A DNA stretch of 62,325 bases, filler included, from Chiloscyllium plagiosum (Eukaryota), in the NCBI RefSeq assembly GCF_004010195.1. It is 3 parts of one record of this genome, joined end to end, with 100 filler letters (N's around TTAATTAATTAA, not from the genome) between each part and the next. Parts side by side here need not be neighbours in the genome. Positions count along the whole stretch, not along the records: positions 27,010 to 54,038 come from NC_057714.1; 2 more parts are not named here. The stretch is one strand, 5' to 3'. Shown here in pieces: positions 37,268-48,659 of the stretch. The stretch's first letter is position 1, and the number at the start of each line of letters is the position of its first letter. A program made the translations under genes and the position numbers. The notes below the pieces were generated by a model. That model was not told the origin of the DNA and made no database searches. It was given only the letters and a program-made list of their open reading frames with translations.

Positions 37268-37542
37268 CTCTGCAAAGGGATCTCAAATAGCTCATGGTAA
37301 CTTAAGTGCTGAAAATGTGTTGCTGGAAAAGCGCAGCAGGTCAGGCAGCATCTCCTTTCCTCCCCACCACATTCCTGATGAAGGGCTTATGCCCAAAACG
37401 TCAACTCCCTGCTCCTCGGACGCTGCCCAACTGCTGTGTTTTTCCAGTGCCACACATTTTGACTTTGACTCTCCAGCACTTGCAGTCCTTGCTTTCTCCT
37501 AGCTCTGCAAAGGGATCTCAAACAGCTCATGGTAACTTAAGT
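37117..37542. repeat. 191-bp direct duplication separated by a 44-bp antisense pLTR piece
   Basis: 37117-37307 is nearly identical to 37352-37542; the spacer is gctgaaaatgtgttgctggaaaagcgcagcaggtcaggcagcat. Confidence 0.9.
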
Positions 37543-37819
37543 CTCTATACAGGGAGGGTGTCTGGGGAAGAAAGGCATGGGAATTTTCAAAGTTTTGGGC
37601 TATGAGGGTAAAATGTGAAAATTAGTAGTTATGCAAAGGGGCTCAACCAAAACTGACAGGAGGCAGAAAGGTCACATGGGACACGGGCACAGCAGCACAA
37701 AAGGGAGCATGAAACACAGAGGGAAATTTGTATATCTCAACTGGAGTCTGTAAATAATTCAACAACACAAAGTTGGAACCTTGCTATGTCAGATTAAAAG
37801 TCAACTGCATAATATCTTC

Positions 37820-37948
37820 GAGGAGAAAGTGAGGACTGCAGATGCTGGAGATCATTCCTGAAGAAGGGCTCATGCCTGAAATGTCGATTCTCCTGTTCCT
37901 TGGATGCTGCCTGACCTGCTGCGCTTTTCCAGCAACACATTTTCAGCT
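37820..37948 (+). mobile_element. Short pLTR insertion with inverted tail and 15-bp TSD
   Basis: Antisense tail ggagaaagtgaggactgcagatgctggagatc followed by sense pLTR; flanks ctgcataatatcttc (37805-37819) and ctgcacaatatcttc (37949-37963). Confidence 0.8.
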
Positions 37949-38764
37949 CTGCACAATATCTTCACAAAATTCTTCAAACGCATGCAAAGTGAGTCAAATA
38001 AGTTACTTTTTTTTCCTTTTGTGATGGAGTAAAAGTCTTAGAATTGGAAGCACTGCTATGGACAGTTACCGTAATTCTGTCTCCACTGATTCAGTAAGGC
38101 TACCCCTCTGGCTTTAATTTGTACTTCACCGGTAGGTTATTCATTTCCATGAATCTAAGATAAAACTTATGGCCTCGAGCAATCACGAGCATTACAGTAT
38201 GCATACTAATTGCCTCCTTGTCTTGTCAGCTAAGCAAGTGTCATGACAACAAGGCACTTAAAAATGAACCTCACAGACAAATTCAAAAGCAAGGACTGGA
38301 AGATAATGCTTTACTCCTGGAAGATTCTTACGTTGCAATGAAAATCTGCAAAGACATGGTTGATGGTGTGTTAAGGGTGCTTTTTTGGGGGGTACAGGAT
38401 ATTATGGAGGCTTACTGACAGAATTTTCATTCCAAAGCAGCATGAAGTCTTCCATTGTGCAGCGCACAATTGAATAATGTCACATAACTAAGAGAGCTCC
38501 TGATGGAGGCATGACAATAACGTCATCGGGAAGACAAACTGCCTTGTTGTGTGATGATATAAAATGAGGCTCTATTGTCACGCATTGTGAGAGGCCAGAA
38601 GTTCCATTAAAAACAATGCTATCTTCCTGACACTCCCCATAGATTACCTGTTGATGGAGCTCACATGGAAAGCTTGAGTCTTTGTTGCCTAACTGCTACT
38701 CCAAAGACAATGCACAAAGAGGCAGTAGTTAGAAAATTGTTGGCAAGTTCCAGTGGCTTTTTAC

Positions 38765-39085
38765 TTTTTTTATATGGGATGAGGACATCACTGGCTAGAA
38801 CAGCATTTATTGCCCTGAGGCTAGTTAAGAATCGACCACATTGCTGAGTGTCTGGAGTCACATGTAGGTCAGACATGGTAAGGACTGCACCTTCCTCCTA
38901 TACAGAGCATTAGTCAACCAGGTGGGTTTTCTCCAACAAATGGCAATGGTTTCATGGTCATCATTAGACTCTTAATTCCAAATATTTATTAAATTCAAAT
39001 TCTATCATCTGCCACAGTGGGATTCAAAGCTGGATCCTCAGAACATTACCTGGGAATAGTCTGGGAATAATACCACTAAGCCTTT
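38765..39085 (-). mobile_element. tRNA-derived SINE (L2/CR1-type tail)
   Basis: On the minus strand: agtggtattatt A box, a tttgaatccc B-box remnant and the gggcaataaatgct tail. Same family as 59010-59385. Confidence 0.75.
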
Positions 39086-39149
39086 ATCTCCAGAGGGAGA
39101 AACAGAAGGTGAAGATTCACCAAGGAAGCACATGTAAATAATGAGGCAC

Positions 39150-39510
39150 AGGATTTATAGACGTCGCTGTCAGTTATTGATTACAAATGTCCCACCCCAT
39201 CATTGCTGAAGTGTGTGATCTGCTGAAGGCGGATTAGTGCTCAGAGGACTATCCCATCCCAGTGGCAATCAAGATAACAGCTACCCACACATGTCAGGCT
39301 AGTGATTCAGTTCAAGGAGCAACTGTTTGGCATTTACCAAAGTTGGACCCATAAATGCACTGGGGATTTAACTGATAGCATTTTGTTCAGAGTACGTCTC
39401 TTTATCTTATTGGCCTGTAATGGTCAGAGTCATGCAGCTTGGGCAATAAAGTTCTCCATCAGTGTTGTCTACCCCCAGATACTTGGAAAATTGACTGTAT
39501 CCATGTAGTT
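39150..39510 (+). mobile_element. PIF/Harbinger transposase remnant
   Basis: Frameshifted peptides LQMSHPIIAEVCDLLKAD, IPVAIKITAT...ASDSVQGAT, GIYQSWTHKC..LTDSI, YPQILG and IDCIHV correspond to the HARBI1-like N-terminal region up to the first catalytic Asp (IDCTH motif). Confidence 0.75.
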
Positions 39511-40149
39511 TTGAGAGCGGTCCATCACAAACCAGCAAACATTCTTCCTTGGCCTCTACTTTGAGTTTGCTTTTCAGGCTCACAAACTCCAAAATGGCCC
39601 AAGGGTTTCTCATGAAATATCCCAACTGGTCACAATGGAAACACCCCTGCTTCCTGTTTGCATCTCCACCCTCCGTATTTTCCCTTCTTGTCTGTTAAGA
39701 TTTGCAGAAGCTTCCAAGCTATCTATTTCTTATCTTGCATATTTGCGATCCTTTCAATCGGCCATTCTCTCTGCCTTTTGAATTCAGTATAAGTTTGCCT
39801 TAGCTGTTTCCTTGCCTATGTGCCTCAGGCACTAATTCATGTGCAGCTAATTTTATTTTAATTACAGCATCATAATCCCAAGAAACCTCCTCTGACAATG
39901 AAGCATTAACTTCCTGTGCTTCTCCTGTCAATTTACTTGTATGAGCAATGTTCAGTCCTCTTTTGACCAATTCATCTGACTAGCCATTTTCTCAAGTGAT
40001 ATGAAGAATGCTTCCACATCCTTTTCCTCAATTTGTTGCAAGGCTTATATAAATTTAAATTTAAAGGGAAAATAGATTTAAGGTAAAAAAGGGAAAGTTT
40101 AAAAGGAGGTACGAGAGGCATGTTTTTTTACACAAACTACATTGGACTG

Positions 40150-42070
40150 TTCTTTCTTCTTTTGTTCAAAGAAAGTTTGCAAAAAATATATTGGCCAGTG
40201 AAATTAAAAAAATCCCAAAATGCTTTATCTTTATGTTAAGAACAAGTGAATAACTAAGGAAAGGGTTGGACCATCGGGGATGTATGGTAGCTTTTAGTTT
40301 GATGCAGAAAATGTTGGCAGGGTTTGACAGAAGTATTTAATTTTTGTCCTCACAAATGAGGGGGCTCATGCAAACGTTCCAGTTAAAGACAAGGACTGTG
40401 AAACATTAGATAAAATAAATAACATGAGAAAGGAAGCACTGGAGGGACTGACCTCTTTGAAAGTGGATAAGTCACTGGGGTTAGATGAATTGTGTTGTAG
40501 GCTATTAAAGGATGTCAGAAGGAAATAATGAATGCTGTGAGGATCATATTCCAATCCTCACTAGATACGGGTGAGGTGCTAGAGAATTAGAGGTCTGCAA
40601 ATAAAGTACTTTAAAAAGGTGGCAAGGGATTGGCCAAATAATTGCCAATGGGTCAGTCTGATGTTGATGGTTAACAAATTACTGGAATTGATATCAAGAG
40701 ATAGGATTAGCCGTTAGCTGGAGAGGCGCAGATTAATCGGGGAAAGTCAGTATGGTTTCGCTATGAGAAAGTTCTACCTTACTAACTCAATTTTTTGAAG
40801 AAGTAAGAAGGTGGATTGATGAGGGTGGTGTGTTAGATATTGTTTCTATGGATTTTTGTAAGGCATTCGACCAGCCCCCGCAGGGCAACCTATCCAGTAA
40901 AAAAAACAAAGCCCATGGATATAAGGGAATGTGCCGATGTGGGTCCAAAATTGGTTCAGTGACAAGAAACAAAGTGTACACCTTAGCAGATGTTTATGTA
41001 CATGGGAAGAGGTTTCCAGTCATGTAAATATATTAATGATTTAGACTTAAATGTGGGTGACATGATTGGGAAATTTCCAGACGAGCTGAAAATGTGTTGC
41101 TGGAAAAGCGCAGCAGGTCAGGCAGCATCCAAGGAGCAGGAGAATCGACATTTCGGGCATAAGCCCTTCTTCAGGAATGAGGCAAATTACCAGACAACAC
41201 AAGTATTGGCCAGATAGTTGATAGTAAAGAAGATGACTTTTAATTGCAGGACATTGTCAATAATTTCGTTGAACGGGCAGAAAAAGGGCAAATGGAACTC
41301 AATCTGGAGAAGTACAAGTTTGTACTTTTGAGGATGGCAAACAAAGAAAGGGAATAAACAAGCCAGTGGTGAATATTGAGAGGGGCTAGAGGAAATGGGA
41401 AGCATTGATGTCCATGTTCACAGGCAAGACAGATAGACAAACTGGTAAAGAAGCAAATGGGGGTGTTTTGCTTCATTAAGTGTAGTTTTGAATGCAGAAG
41501 CTAGGATACACTGCTGGAAATGTGTGAGACACTGGTTAGGCTACAATTGGAATCTTGTGTACAGTTCTGGTAACCACGTTACAGGAAACAAATAATTGTT
41601 CTCACAAGATACAAAGGAAGTATACAAGATGCTTTGCCAGAGTTTAAAATTGCAGCTATGAGGAGAGATTGTTTAGGCTAGGATTGTTTTCCTTATAACA
41701 AAAAAGTTGAAGTGTTATTTAATTAAAATATCCAAAATAATGAGGGGTTTGAATAGAGTAGGCAGGGACAATCTGTTCCCCTGCTGGAGATTGAAATGAC
41801 CAAGAGGCACGGATTAAAGGTGATTGTTAGAAGGATTAGAGGGAGAGGAGGAAAAATTGTACTCACCCAGTGTGTGATGTGTGGTTTGGCATGGTGGTTG
41901 AGGTGGAAGCCGTCAACTTTTTTAACAGGAACTTGGTTCTCTACCTCAAAGTCTGTAACCTGTAGGGCTTTGGACCAGTTGCTGGAAAGTGGAATTACGA
42001 TTGGTGGCTAATTTATTCAGTTGGCACAGACATGATGACTTGAGTGGCTTCTTTCTCTGCTGTAACATTC
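40150..42070 (+). mobile_element. Degenerate CR1 LINE (RT to 3' end)
   Basis: MDFCKAFD, YINDLD and KFPD remnants, CVQFW, and a tail ending tgtaacattc. Confidence 0.8.
41083..41180 (-). mobile_element. Short pLTR insertion with ~15-bp TSD inside CR1 RT
   Basis: gagctgaaaatgtgttgctgg...cccttcttcaggaatga flanked by gggaaatttccagac (41068-41082) and ggcaaattaccagac (41181-41195). Confidence 0.75.
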
Positions 42071-44068
42071 CTATTGTTCGATAGTTGATGGTCTCCAGCA
42101 GGGAATAATACTGCCCTTCTCTCCACCAACTCTTCCTCCAGATCCTTGAGCCTTGTCTTTCTTTTGTGTCATCTTGACACTTCAGTTCAGGTTTTAAATA
42201 TGACATCACAGATGTGTAAGCAGGAAGTGGTGAACACATCTAACAGCTCATTTGCTTAATTAATTTCATAGAAGTAGGCCATTCAGCCCATTGAGCCTGT
42301 TCAATGAGGTATTTGTCCTGCGTCATGGCAAACTAGTTACTGTGCAACTTACACATCACCACACTTTAATTGCAAATGGGCACATCTAGCTCTCCCTTTC
42401 GTTTCTTCTCAGAATGAGGACATCACAGGCTTGGCCCGTATCTAATGCACATGCTTAGTTTACAACTTTACACTAGTTGAATGGTTCACCACTTCAGGTG
42501 GAGTTGTGAATTATTTTAGTGTGAAACTGAAAATTTATCTCAGACAGGTTTGGCAAGGAATCAGAAATTGCTGGAGAAATCTAGCAGATATGCCAGCATC
42601 TGTGGAATGAGAAACTGAGTTAATATTTCCTATCTTGTACGATTCTTCTTTGGAAGCTATAGGAGCTGGAAAATGGCAGGGGTTTTGGTGGTAATAGTGA
42701 AGGAAGGAGGAGCCAGTGAAACAGATAGTGGCCATGATCAAGGCAAAAGACCAAGACAGTGATACTTATGGGAAAGGAGAGTCAGGAATGTAAGATAGGT
42801 GTAAAAGTTAGCTAGGAAAAGGAGTAAATGCATGCTGTGCTGATAGCAAAACAAACAAGAGTTTGGTTTGTTTATATTTGGGTAAGGAAACAATATTCAA
42901 CAATTAGCTTCCTTCCCCAAAGAGTATGAGTGAACCATTCAGATTTTTCAAGAAATCAAAAGCTTCATGATCACTTCCTAATTTCTAGATTGTTAAAGTA
43001 AAATCAAAACTTTAAACTGATATAATAGGATTATATTCATATTGACTACTTTACCAATCTAAAAAAAATGCCATCCTACCTTATCCCCTACTTTACTTGT
43101 TTTCTTCCTTATTTAAAATTGTACAGCATCACTTAAAACAATATGCTGTTCAGTACACCTGTAGGGTTTAGTTCACCATCTCCCCTTACATCAGGAAGTC
43201 ACCTTTAACTGATTGCCCCTCTCTCTGCAGACATAATTTTTGGAAATGCGCTAATGACTCATATCCAACTTATTCTCAGTTAAAGACCATCCAGATAAAA
43301 CTGAGTTTTCAGGTGCCTTCTAGTCATTCTGGAACCATTGCGAGTTTGGTGGAAAGTTTGAAAACTTCTGCATCGTGTTATTCTCAAGCTTCTTTGGGGA
43401 AAAAAAATTCTGGAGTTCTTATTTTTCAATATGCAAGACTTGCCACAAATATATTCAGAGAATAATGAGATGTTCTTGCACTAATAGTCAGAGACTGGAT
43501 TAAAGGTTGCACCACTCTATATGGAGTTACAAGATAACAAGCTTATCTGTGGTTCACTGGCTTTTGCTTCAGGGAACAAAGATTACTTCAGCTTGTGTGA
43601 AGGGGGAGTCCATCTTAATTTGACTCTTCGATCAGCTTTGTGGGCAGCATATGTCTGTGTGCACAGTTTTAATAAAAATTACTTTGAATATATTTCTAGA
43701 AATGCCATTTCTTGGTTATATTCTGAATTAAAAAGATCATTTTTTGCATAAGTAATCGTAAACTGTTTTTATGATTGGTTGAAGCATTCTGCTCGATACT
43801 GATGATAATTTAGCAATTTATTTGTTTGGTTTGAAAATAATCAGTAAAATTCATCTGTGTCAGTCACATGAAATGAGCTCATAGCAAAGGGGACGGAGAT
43901 CTTACACCACCTATGATGTCCTTTCTCATTAAGCGCAATAATAAAAGTCAGATGATTCTGTGAATAATGGCCACCCAAACATTGAGCTTGTTTTGTGCAA
44001 CTGGCAGAGACAATTTCATCCCTTATCAATTTGACAGAATTCAGTACCACCATAACCTTTGCCTTGAA

Positions 44069-44310
44069 AATCATAGAATCCCTATAGTGTGGAAGCAGGC
44101 CATTTGGCCCATCAACTCCACTCCAACCTTCCAAAGACCATAACATCCAATCCCTGCATTTCCCATGACCACTCCACCTAACCTGCATATCTTTGGACTG
44201 TATGAGGAAACACGAGCAAGCCCATACAGACATGGGGAGAATATGCAAACTCCATGTAGTTGCCCAAGGATGGGATTGAACCAGGGTCCCTAGTGCTATG
44301 CATGCTACCC
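44069..44310 (-). mobile_element. HE1-type SINE, degenerate
   Basis: Reverse complement of the HE1 tail (gtgtggaagcaggccatttggccc) and core (ggggagaatatgcaaactcca). Confidence 0.8.
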
Positions 44311-44756
44311 TTGAAAAAGGTAGATTGTTCTATTTACATTGCAAAAGAGACTGTACAAATACACCACTCAATATGCAAGGCACTGAGACACAAACATGCT
44401 GCATTCTTAGTGCAAAGACATATGGCAATAGACAAGAATATCTTCATACTACTTGTGGAAAAAACGAATGAAGGCCAAGAATTCACAGACACAATGTAAA
44501 AAGTGAAATGAAAAAGTTGCTTATTTATGATGCTCACTAGTTGTTGGTTCAAGAGTGGCACAAATAGAAATCTGGAAACAGTTTCCCTCCCTGGTTTATT
44601 AAGTCTAAAATATAGCCTAAACAAATTATTCTATAATTGCTTACGGTGATTGTATCAAATTATTTTTCCACTATTTTAATTGATCCATTAATCCCCTTAA
44701 AGAGGAACAAATTAATGCTCCTAGGGTATGAAGAGTCTTGGACTTCATAATACAAG

Positions 44757-45482
44757 ATAAAATTTGTGCGAAGATTTGTAGCTCGGGTGCTCGTTGCTGT
44801 GGTTCTGTTCTCCGAGCTGGAAGTTTTTGTTGCAAACGTTTTGTCCCCTGGCTAGGCGACATCATCAGTGCTTGGGAGCCTCCTGCGAAGCGCTTCTTTG
44901 ATGTTTCCTCCGGTGTTTATAGTGGTCTGTCCCTGCCGCTTCCGGTTGTCAGTTTCAGCTGTCCGCTGTAGTGGTTGGTATATTGGGTCCAGGTCGATGT
45001 GTTTGGTGATGGAGTTTGTGGATTAATGCCATGCCTCTAGGAATTCCCTGGCTGTTCTCTGTCTGACTTGCACTATGATAGTAGTGTTGTCCCAGTCGAA
45101 TTCATGTCTGCGACAACAAGCAACATGAATTTGACTGGGAAAACATTACCATTATAGGGCAAGCCAAACAAAGAACAGCCAGGGAATCGTCCCCTGGCTA
45201 GGCGACGTCATCAGTGCTTGGGAGCCTCCTGCGAAGCGCTTCTTTGTTGTTTCCTCCGGTGTTTATAGTGGTCTGTCCCTGCCGCTTCCGGTTGTCAGTT
45301 TCAGCTGTCCGCTGTAGTGGTTGGTATATTGGGTCCACCTCTTCTTCTTTTTGCAGTTCTGGTGTACTGCAGTGTGTTGTGGCCCTTTTGAATAGTGTCC
45401 TGATGCAGCTTCGTTTGTGTGTGTTGGGGTGGTTACTTTCATAGTTTAGGACTTGGTCTGTGTGTGTGGCTTTCCTGTATAC
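44757..45482 (-). mobile_element. Second Penelope family: duplicated pLTR, internal inversion and RT-thumb fragment
   Basis: Direct repeat ~44843-44990 / ~45189-45337; 45108-45187 is inverted relative to 45038-45107; VYRKATHTDQVLNYESNHPNTHKRSCIRTLFKRATTHCS in ORF 45198-45584. Confidence 0.85.
44832..44871 (-). ncRNA. Hammerhead ribozyme motif in Penelope pLTR
   Basis: Minus strand GCA-CTGATGA-T-GTCGCCT-AGCC-AGGGGAC-AAAA-CGTT-TGC, with stem I GCA/TGC. The GAAA box has a G>A change, but the sister copy at 45188-45217 retains the G. Confidence 0.6.
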
Positions 45483-45695
45483 ATGTCCTTGGTGACGTGG
45501 AACAGGGAGTTGAAGTGGTTGGCCACAGGGTGGTGGGGGTTGTTTGGCACATGTGTCACAGAGATGTTCTCTGAAATGCTTCATGAGTTGGTGTCCTGTC
45601 TCCCCGATGTAGACGAGACCACATACACAGCAACAGGCACAGCAGATGAGGTGTTTGGATGTACAGGAAAATCTCTGCCAGATGTGAAAAGATCA
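45483..45695 (-). mobile_element. Penelope GIY-YIG endonuclease fragment
   Basis: FSCTSKHLIC...CGLVYIGETGHQLMKHFREHL on the minus strand. Confidence 0.8.
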
Positions 45696-47999
45696 TGAGG
45701 AGACCTCATGCTTCCATCTGAGCGCCAACCTCTCCAGCGATGGAGTACAGCTCTGTGGGTATAGCCAGCAGCCTGTCAGACTGATGGACCTGGCTCTCCA
45801 TGGCAGCTGCCACCTGACCACGGAGGCAGCCAGATGCTCACATGCTAAAGGTGGCGCTGTACAATCCTGCAGGGCTTGGGTCAGGTTGCCCCCTGTGCTT
45901 GCACATGCCAACAGAGTAACACATTGTGGGAACCATAGAGTGCTCCTCTGCATGGGGCTGAGCAAGTTCCTGGTCTCTTGCAGTCCTCTGAATGCCAGTG
46001 ACCTGGGGCATTTCTTCCTCAACCAAATGCAGAGACGTGGCAGCGAAATCCTCACTAGAACGTCCTCCTAACTTTAATCTAGCTAAAGTCCCCATGAAAT
46101 ATCAGTATCTGAGATGGTGAGGTGCAGGAGGCAGACTTGCTCGTGCTTTCTCTGAAGAATCTGTGCTCTCTTCCTCAGAAATAGAAGAGGGAATGTCCTG
46201 ACTTCTGTGACTATGGTAATGTCGCCTGCAGGAGGCAAATGTGTCCTGGATATATGTGATATGTGAAGATTACATTCAAAGTTGGAGTATGGGAGAGTCA
46301 TGCAACAGTAGACAATGCTTCTTACCTGGCTGCCGAGGTATGAGTGACATGCAGGGCAGCTATGAACTGCCAACACTGGACCAGGTACACAATGGTCTTT
46401 GAAATAAGACACTGGCACCAAATATTTCAAGATATCCCAGCAGTAGCATTAATTTCCTTCTATGGTGAATGAGAGCATTGGACTGCAGGATGATCAGGCA
46501 CCATAGGGGCATTTTAGAAAGAAATGAGGCAACTTTGGGAAGATGAAGGATGAAAAGCCACCAGGCCTGGTGGAGAGAAACCTTCCATAAAACTCAACAA
46601 AACCAACACTTTGCCTAGATACTCTGTTTTACAAATTCTGCTGTTAGAACATAGAATGTCTTCTCTTAAAGTATGCTTGAAACAGACATCATTTCACCTG
46701 TTAAGGGGAAATTCAACAAATATTTGAAGCCAAGTGAAGAGAAGAAAGAAAGGAATAGTGGGATTATTTTTAGATTAATCTTGCAAATGCCAGAACAGAA
46801 AGGACGGAGTCAATGTTTTCCTTTAGCTCTCCAAACTTAAAGTGATAAGGTAATGAAAGAAAGATTTCATATGATTATAGTAAATATTGATGTAATGTAT
46901 AATTTCTGTTATCTTTAGGCATTAGTATTAACATTTTGAATGATTTTGTTTGGACCAAATTGAATCTGAAATAATGACTTCATTTTATTCATAGTAATGT
47001 TATCCCTCCCCAAAATAATGAATATTATTCCAGCAACATTTCTAAACATTTTTCTTTTGCTCTTTCTATACAACATTTGTATATACTTAGCGATCCATTA
47101 AAAAAAAAATCAAAACCCATTATATGATTGCTTCCTGAACTCAATTTTCCAAGAACCTCATAAACTGGCCAACAGCCCCAAGGGAGGAAAAAGCTCTTCA
47201 ATTCAAGTGAAAGATGTTTTTGGTAAAATTATTTATGCAGTTGTTTGATTGGCATATCTTTTTGAATCCAAGAGATGCTTATTAAATTTATTGCTTCTTT
47301 TTTGCAACAGGGAAACAGTTCTTGATCTGTCTTGTTTGCGATCTGTCATCAAAGAGAGGGAGTATTGTGACATTGTTCAGTAGTTAAAGGCAGCTGTCAT
47401 AGAAAAATGTTAGAAAATTGGACCCCATTATTTATTTGCTTGAAAAAGGTATGACGGTGTCATTGTCATTCAGTAAAAGAGTGCCTTCATTTCCCAGAAG
47501 CTTCTATGATACCTTCTTTTCTGAAGGAGTCATGAAGTGTTCAAAAAGCACACAATCTGTGAACAGTCAATGCAAGCAGTTAATCCATGTAACATTTTAT
47601 AAATTCCTACTTTGCAAATTGAATCAGTCTGGCTCAAGATTGGATACAGACAGAGTCCAACCTCATATTTTTAATAAATTGCCTGAGCTGAGATGTCACC
47701 TGTTTTTACAAAACCTTAAGTTATCTCAAGAATGTGACTTGAAAGAAGTTCTGGGATTAACAGTTTAATGAACCAAAACCTTCTTTCATTCTTTCTTGCT
47801 TTCTTTCTTTCAGGAGAGAATATTTCCAGAAGTAACTAAGTTGGTCAAATGAAATTTGATTCTCAAAACACAATAGTAAATGCAATGTCTTCATTTGATT
47901 TGCTGTTGTATTTGTCTTCCGGATGAATTGAGGTCGCAAAAGCAAAAAAAAAGATAGATTCCCACCATTTGATCATCCTGTCATTCTTTTTTTCTGTTT

Positions 48000-48546
<547 letters not shown>

Positions 48547-48659
48547 TGTATGAAAATATTTATGTTACTGAAGTAGCTATGTTGGCCAAACAGAATTTGA
48601 TTCTCAAACGCAATATTCAATGCAGTGTCTTCATTTGATTCGCCGTCATATTTGTCTTG

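Noticed and set aside
43215..43470. Possible exon after ctctctctgcag acceptor
   Set aside because: The open frame resembles no protein I recognise and no partner exons were found.
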